The notes under the pieces are model-generated. The model saw only the letters and a list, made by a program, of their open reading frames with translations, ran no database searches and was not told where the DNA came from. Shown here piece by piece: positions 60,243-64,000 of a DNA stretch of 64,000 nt. Every line of letters starts with the position of its first letter. Within the stretch, counting starts at the first letter, position 1. Source of the stretch: Basidiobolus meristosporus CBS 931.73 (lineage: Eukaryota > Fungi > Basidiobolomycota). The DNA lies in NCBI GenBank assembly GCA_002104905.1, contig MCFE01000008.1, positions 1-64,000 on the forward strand. Direction: 5' to 3'. A program made the translations under genes and the position numbers.

Positions 60243-61712
60243 TCACGCCTTCCGTCGATAGATTATGGTGTTGAGGTCGTCTCGATCGACGCACCAAGCA
60301 AACCGTTCCCCCAGACAGACCGCAACCTGGGTCCAAAATATGTTCGTTTGGAAGGCGAAGTCAATCTTCAGCTCGTGCAAGGTTGACTTCCCGCTCAGCT
60401 GGCTAATGACGAGAGGGGTGGCTGGGGTGTGTCCAATATCGAGGTACTCCAGGCCCTCGCACGAACTGATCACTCTGCAGAGTGTGCTTTCGATTTGGTG
60501 TAGATCGTTCTCCTGAGGATGGCCTAGCTTGAGCTTTTGAAGTCGGTTGCATCCATTTGCCAGTATCTCAAGATCCACCAGGTTGTAAGAAAGAAAGCTG
60601 AAGGCGACGTTCTTTAGGCTAGGGCAGTGGCTGACCAGGGTGCTGACTAGTTCTGGTTGCAGTCGCACATCAACCGAAAGGTTCAATGTTTGTAACGCCA
60701 CTCCCGAGCTCTCACATAAGTTTATGACTTTGGAGCTGGTGATTGCGGTCTCGCGTATGATCAAATGTCTGAGTGCCGAGAAGCTCCTAGCAGGCACAGC
60801 AAGTCCATCGTTCGATAGACGGTGGCAATTGGTGATCTCAAGGCTTCGCAGGTTGGTGAGCCTCTCTAGCCCATTCAGACATCGGAGATGATTGCACCAC
60901 AGCAACCTGATTTTGACGAATGAGCTATGGTGTTGTGCACGTAGGGCACGAAGCGAATTCTCAAACGACATCTCCAGGGACCTTTCGATCAATAGTTCTT
61001 GGAACGTATTTGGTTGCTGTCGCTGTAGAAGTGTGGCCAGGTCGGCGTCATTAAATGTGTTCTTCGCCCGCACACGGAAAACTCGTAGGTTTTGACAACA
61101 TTGGGCAATATCCAGAACGTTCTTGGAGGTCAATATCGCAGATTGATTTTTGTCGAAATGGATCTCCAGATGGCGCAATCGGTGATATTGCAGCCCGGCA
61201 CTCAATAATAATGGCTGTTGGCGGATGGCGTGTTCGTCGCAAGACAAAGACTCCAGACGCTCGCGGTATCGAGATACCTCAAATAAATGATGGATTTTGT
61301 CTCGCTTGTAGCTTCCGCGAGCGGGTGCGAACTCGTTCCGTAAGGGATCCATAAGAAGAAAGTCCAGCTGGCGTATATAGTCAATATAGTTAGCTCTCCC
61401 CTCCTGCCTATGCCGAAAATCGGCACCAACTAGCGTCGATAACAGGAGTTGTATTCTATATGAGATGTCCGTTGATTCTCGCTCTAGCTCAAATTCCTCT
61501 GGAGATTCAGGGGCGTTAAATGATTGTAAAAATGCAAAGGGTTTAGAATACAACATGCGCAAACTGCGTTCACACCATCCTTTGTCTACTTGGCAGCAAA
61601 AATACAAGGAGGCACAATCCTTTTCAAGCCATTGGAGGATAGAGTCGACACAGTCGAGTGGAAGTGGCTCCTTTGTAACGTGCGAGCGAAGATAAGGAGG
61701 TAAGGAAGTCAT
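60243..61712 (-). CDS. F-box / RNI-like leucine-rich-repeat protein
   Basis: F-box-like LPLDCVDSILQWL..SLYFCCQVDKGW, followed by LxxLxLxxC repeats (LRSLEITNCHRL, LVSHCPSLKNV, CEGLEYLDI); single exon. Confidence 0.8.
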   Translation of the reverse strand: MTSLPPYLRSHVTKEPLPLDCVDSILQWLEKDCASLYFCCQVDKGWCERSLRMLYSKPFAFLQSFNAPESPEEFELERESTDISYRIQLLLSTLVGADFRHRQEGRANYIDYIRQLDFLLMDPLRNEFAPARGSYKRDKIHHLFEVSRYRERLESLSCDEHAIRQQPLLLSAGLQYHRLRHLEIHFDKNQSAILTSKNVLDIAQCCQNLRVFRVRAKNTFNDADLATLLQRQQPNTFQELLIERSLEMSFENSLRALRAQHHSSFVKIRLLWCNHLRCLNGLERLTNLRSLEITNCHRLSNDGLAVPARSFSALRHLIIRETAITSSKVINLCESSGVALQTLNLSVDVRLQPELVSTLVSHCPSLKNVAFSFLSYNLVDLEILANGCNRLQKLKLGHPQENDLHQIESTLCRVISSCEGLEYLDIGHTPATPLVISQLSGKSTLHELKIDFAFQTNIFWTQVAVCLGERFAWCVDRDDLNTIIYRRKA

Positions 61713-61950
61713 AAATGTTGACTAGGCAATGGCTACTTTTCAAGTCCAGGCATAAACGCAGGGATGACTGTGCATCAGTATTACAGTCACATCTAGGAAC
61801 AACCGATCATCGTACCTGATGAAAATAACATGAGCAATCTGAGCTACAAATTTCATGATGAATGAGCATTTAGATTGAAAAATCCTTTTTAATGACCCTA
61901 ACCCTGATAGAATATTGCCTTTCAATTGCTACAGCAAGAATAGACTAATA

Positions 61951-63235
61951 ATGTGGTTTGTTGGACGAGCTGTAGTGACCTTTCGAGGAGGTTTTGCCTC
62001 CAGACCGCTATGTGAACTAGGGAAGAGTCAGTTTCATTCTGGAAAAACGAGCTACGCCTTGAATTCTGCCAACCAAAGAATCATTAAAAGTAACATCAAA
62101 CCAGACTTGAAACCAATCAAGTCGAAAACTCGAAGGGAAACGCCAGGAAAGTCTTATTCTTCCCGGAACCCACATTCTCCTGCCAGTACTGCGAGAAAAG
62201 GTGGAATCCCAAAGGATACGAACCGTGGCACACAACCAGCGAACGACATGGCGCCACCTAGCAAAAAGCAAAAAGCCGAGCCGATTCGCGTAGAATTTAC
62301 GGAAGCCAAACCTGGGAAGAAGCTGGCAGACCTATCCACTGCCATATTCACTAAAAACCCCTACTTCGTACAATCAGCGCCTCGATATACTGATTTCAAA
62401 ATCAAGACACTTCCCGAGGTGCGAGTCAATCAGTATCTTACCTTTATGGGAGAGCATAAATGTATTGTTCGGTTTTTAACTCTGGTACATTAGGTAGCAT
62501 TTGTGGGCAGAAGTAATGTTGGGGTATGGTTGATACTAGCAGTGTGTTTATTATCGATGTTTACTTACTGTGCAGATGTAGAAATCATCCGTTATCAACG
62601 CACTTGCCAACCGAAATCGTTTGGTGAAGACATCCAAGAGTCCTGTAACTATTCCCTTTATATGATCAAATCTTGTGTCAATGCTTACACGCTGCTCTCA
62701 GGGGCACACCAAACTTTTGAATACCTTTTCCATGGCGGACAGGTTGATGCTCGTTGACATGCCAGGTTACGGATTTCGTAGTTGGGACGAGTGGGGTACC
62801 ATGAGCATGGACTATTTTAGAGAAAGCACTCGGTAAGTGCACCCAGACTCCACCAGCAGAAGCCAGGCCTCTAAATTTGCTCCACCAGGCTGCGTCGAAT
62901 TTTTGTACTAATCGAGGCAACTCACGGCTTCAAGGATAAGGATCAGGATTTGATGTCGTTGTTGGATGGGATGGGTGTTTCGTACCAAGTGAGTGCCCAT
63001 ACTTTGGATTGTTCTTGCACCCGCTGACACTTTTCAAAATCAGGTTGTGCTCACAAAAACCGACAAGCTTTCCAAAACCGCGCTGACGCAAATCCGATCA
63101 GATATAGAAGCTGAGCTATCTCAAAACACGATCAGTTGCTTCCCCCAGGTTTTGCCCGTGAGTGCCAGCAAAAAGCTAGGCGTCGTGGAGCTTCGTTGTG
63201 CAATCTTGGATGCATGCCGGATTAACTCTCAATAA
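61951..63235 (+). CDS. engB: EngB/YihA-family GTPase, probably mitochondrial (Mrx8/GTPBP8-like)
   Basis: Spliced G motifs PEVAFVGRSNVGKSS, KTSKSPGHT, DMPGYG, VVLTKTDK, SA; basic presequence-like N-terminus. Confidence 0.88.
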
Positions 63236-63395
63236 AGTGATCAACCCCTAGTCACGTGGCTCCACTCTGTTGAACTTTCCAAATTTGGGTGCGTACGGGT
63301 ACCACTTATGGATCACCCCACTATTGCGGTAAAAGTGAGCAAATAATTTCATCTTAATAAAGAGCTTTGGTAAAGGAGGAAGAAGCGGAACCCCG

Positions 63396-64000
63396 ATGAA
63401 TTCAAAATTGTACATGAACGATTTCGATTTTGAGGCCGATACTGGCAAGCGGCCCAAAGATATTGGTATAACCAGTGGCATAGTACGAGCCGCCATAATG
63501 AAGCCCTTGTATTTTTGGTATAAGACCCCATTGAAGGTTGGTCATATGGAAGTATGCTAGAGTTATCCGAATACTTACCGTTTTCAAAATTCATAGCTCT
63601 TTAGACCGTTGAGAGTAGATTACCTTGGGGTAGTGAAAGCATTGATACCGCCAAAAGAACGCATGGGATACCGCACCTCCTTTGGCATGATCTCTACCGC
63701 AGTCAAACATGGTGGGGTATGGCGAGATACAATGGTGCCTTTTTTCCTCACCTAAGCCTTATTTATTCTGTTGTGTAGTTTGACATTCTTCATCGGTACG
63801 TCCTGCCTCCTCTGTTAGCCAACACTGCCGTTGGCATATCGTTGTTTACTGTATATACCGCGACGCTACTATCTCTGGACCCTGAAACTGGACTCAACCC
63901 GTCTGGGTATAAAACGTTTAGTAATGCCTTTACTGCTGGTGCTTTAGCTGGTGCTGTTTCCTCTACTATAGCAACCCCGCTAGACTCGATACAAGCAAGA
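63396..64000 (+). CDS. Fungal mitochondrial carrier-like protein, truncated by window end
   Basis: Spliced RAAIMKPLYFWYKTPLKLFRPLRVDY...VLPPLLANTAVG...AFTAGALAGAVSSTIATPLDSIQAR, containing the carrier signature P-x-D-x-x-x-x-R. Confidence 0.75.

Overview
Eukaryotic DNA with short GT-AG introns and CTRAY branch points, most likely from an early-diverging (non-Dikarya) fungus. This is inferred from SMG1, a Grainyhead/CP2 factor, class II eIF4E, PTPMT1 and a long-form RPL6 alongside fungal-type Pik1, Ctk1 and carrier genes. The window has two compartments. The left ~25 kb is gene-poor. It holds a secreted Gly-rich protein and five intronless two-finger C2H2 paralogs that all end in M-x-[ILV]-x-FLLN. 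It also holds a CpG-depleted pile of related LTRs around one full-length Ty1/copia element (5-bp TSD, half-tRNA-type PBS, one nonsense codon), and a ~780-bp inverted repeat pair bracketing two of the zinc-finger genes. The right ~39 kb is dense housekeeping DNA: PHP-domain protein, Grainyhead, SMG1, RPL22, eIF4E2, CCT1, proteasome alpha5, PTPMT1, RPL6, CTK1/CDK12, PIK1, F-box/LRR, EngB GTPase and a partial mitochondrial carrier. Invisible in the ORF track, 49.1-50.3 kb is a non-coding host gene with five introns, each carrying one box C/D snoRNA (guides for 18S G1572, 25S A1133 twice, the 25S A649 region and 18S G562, yeast numbering). All alignments and counts were done by eye, exon boundaries are predictions, and rRNA targets rest on recalled conserved rRNA sequence.
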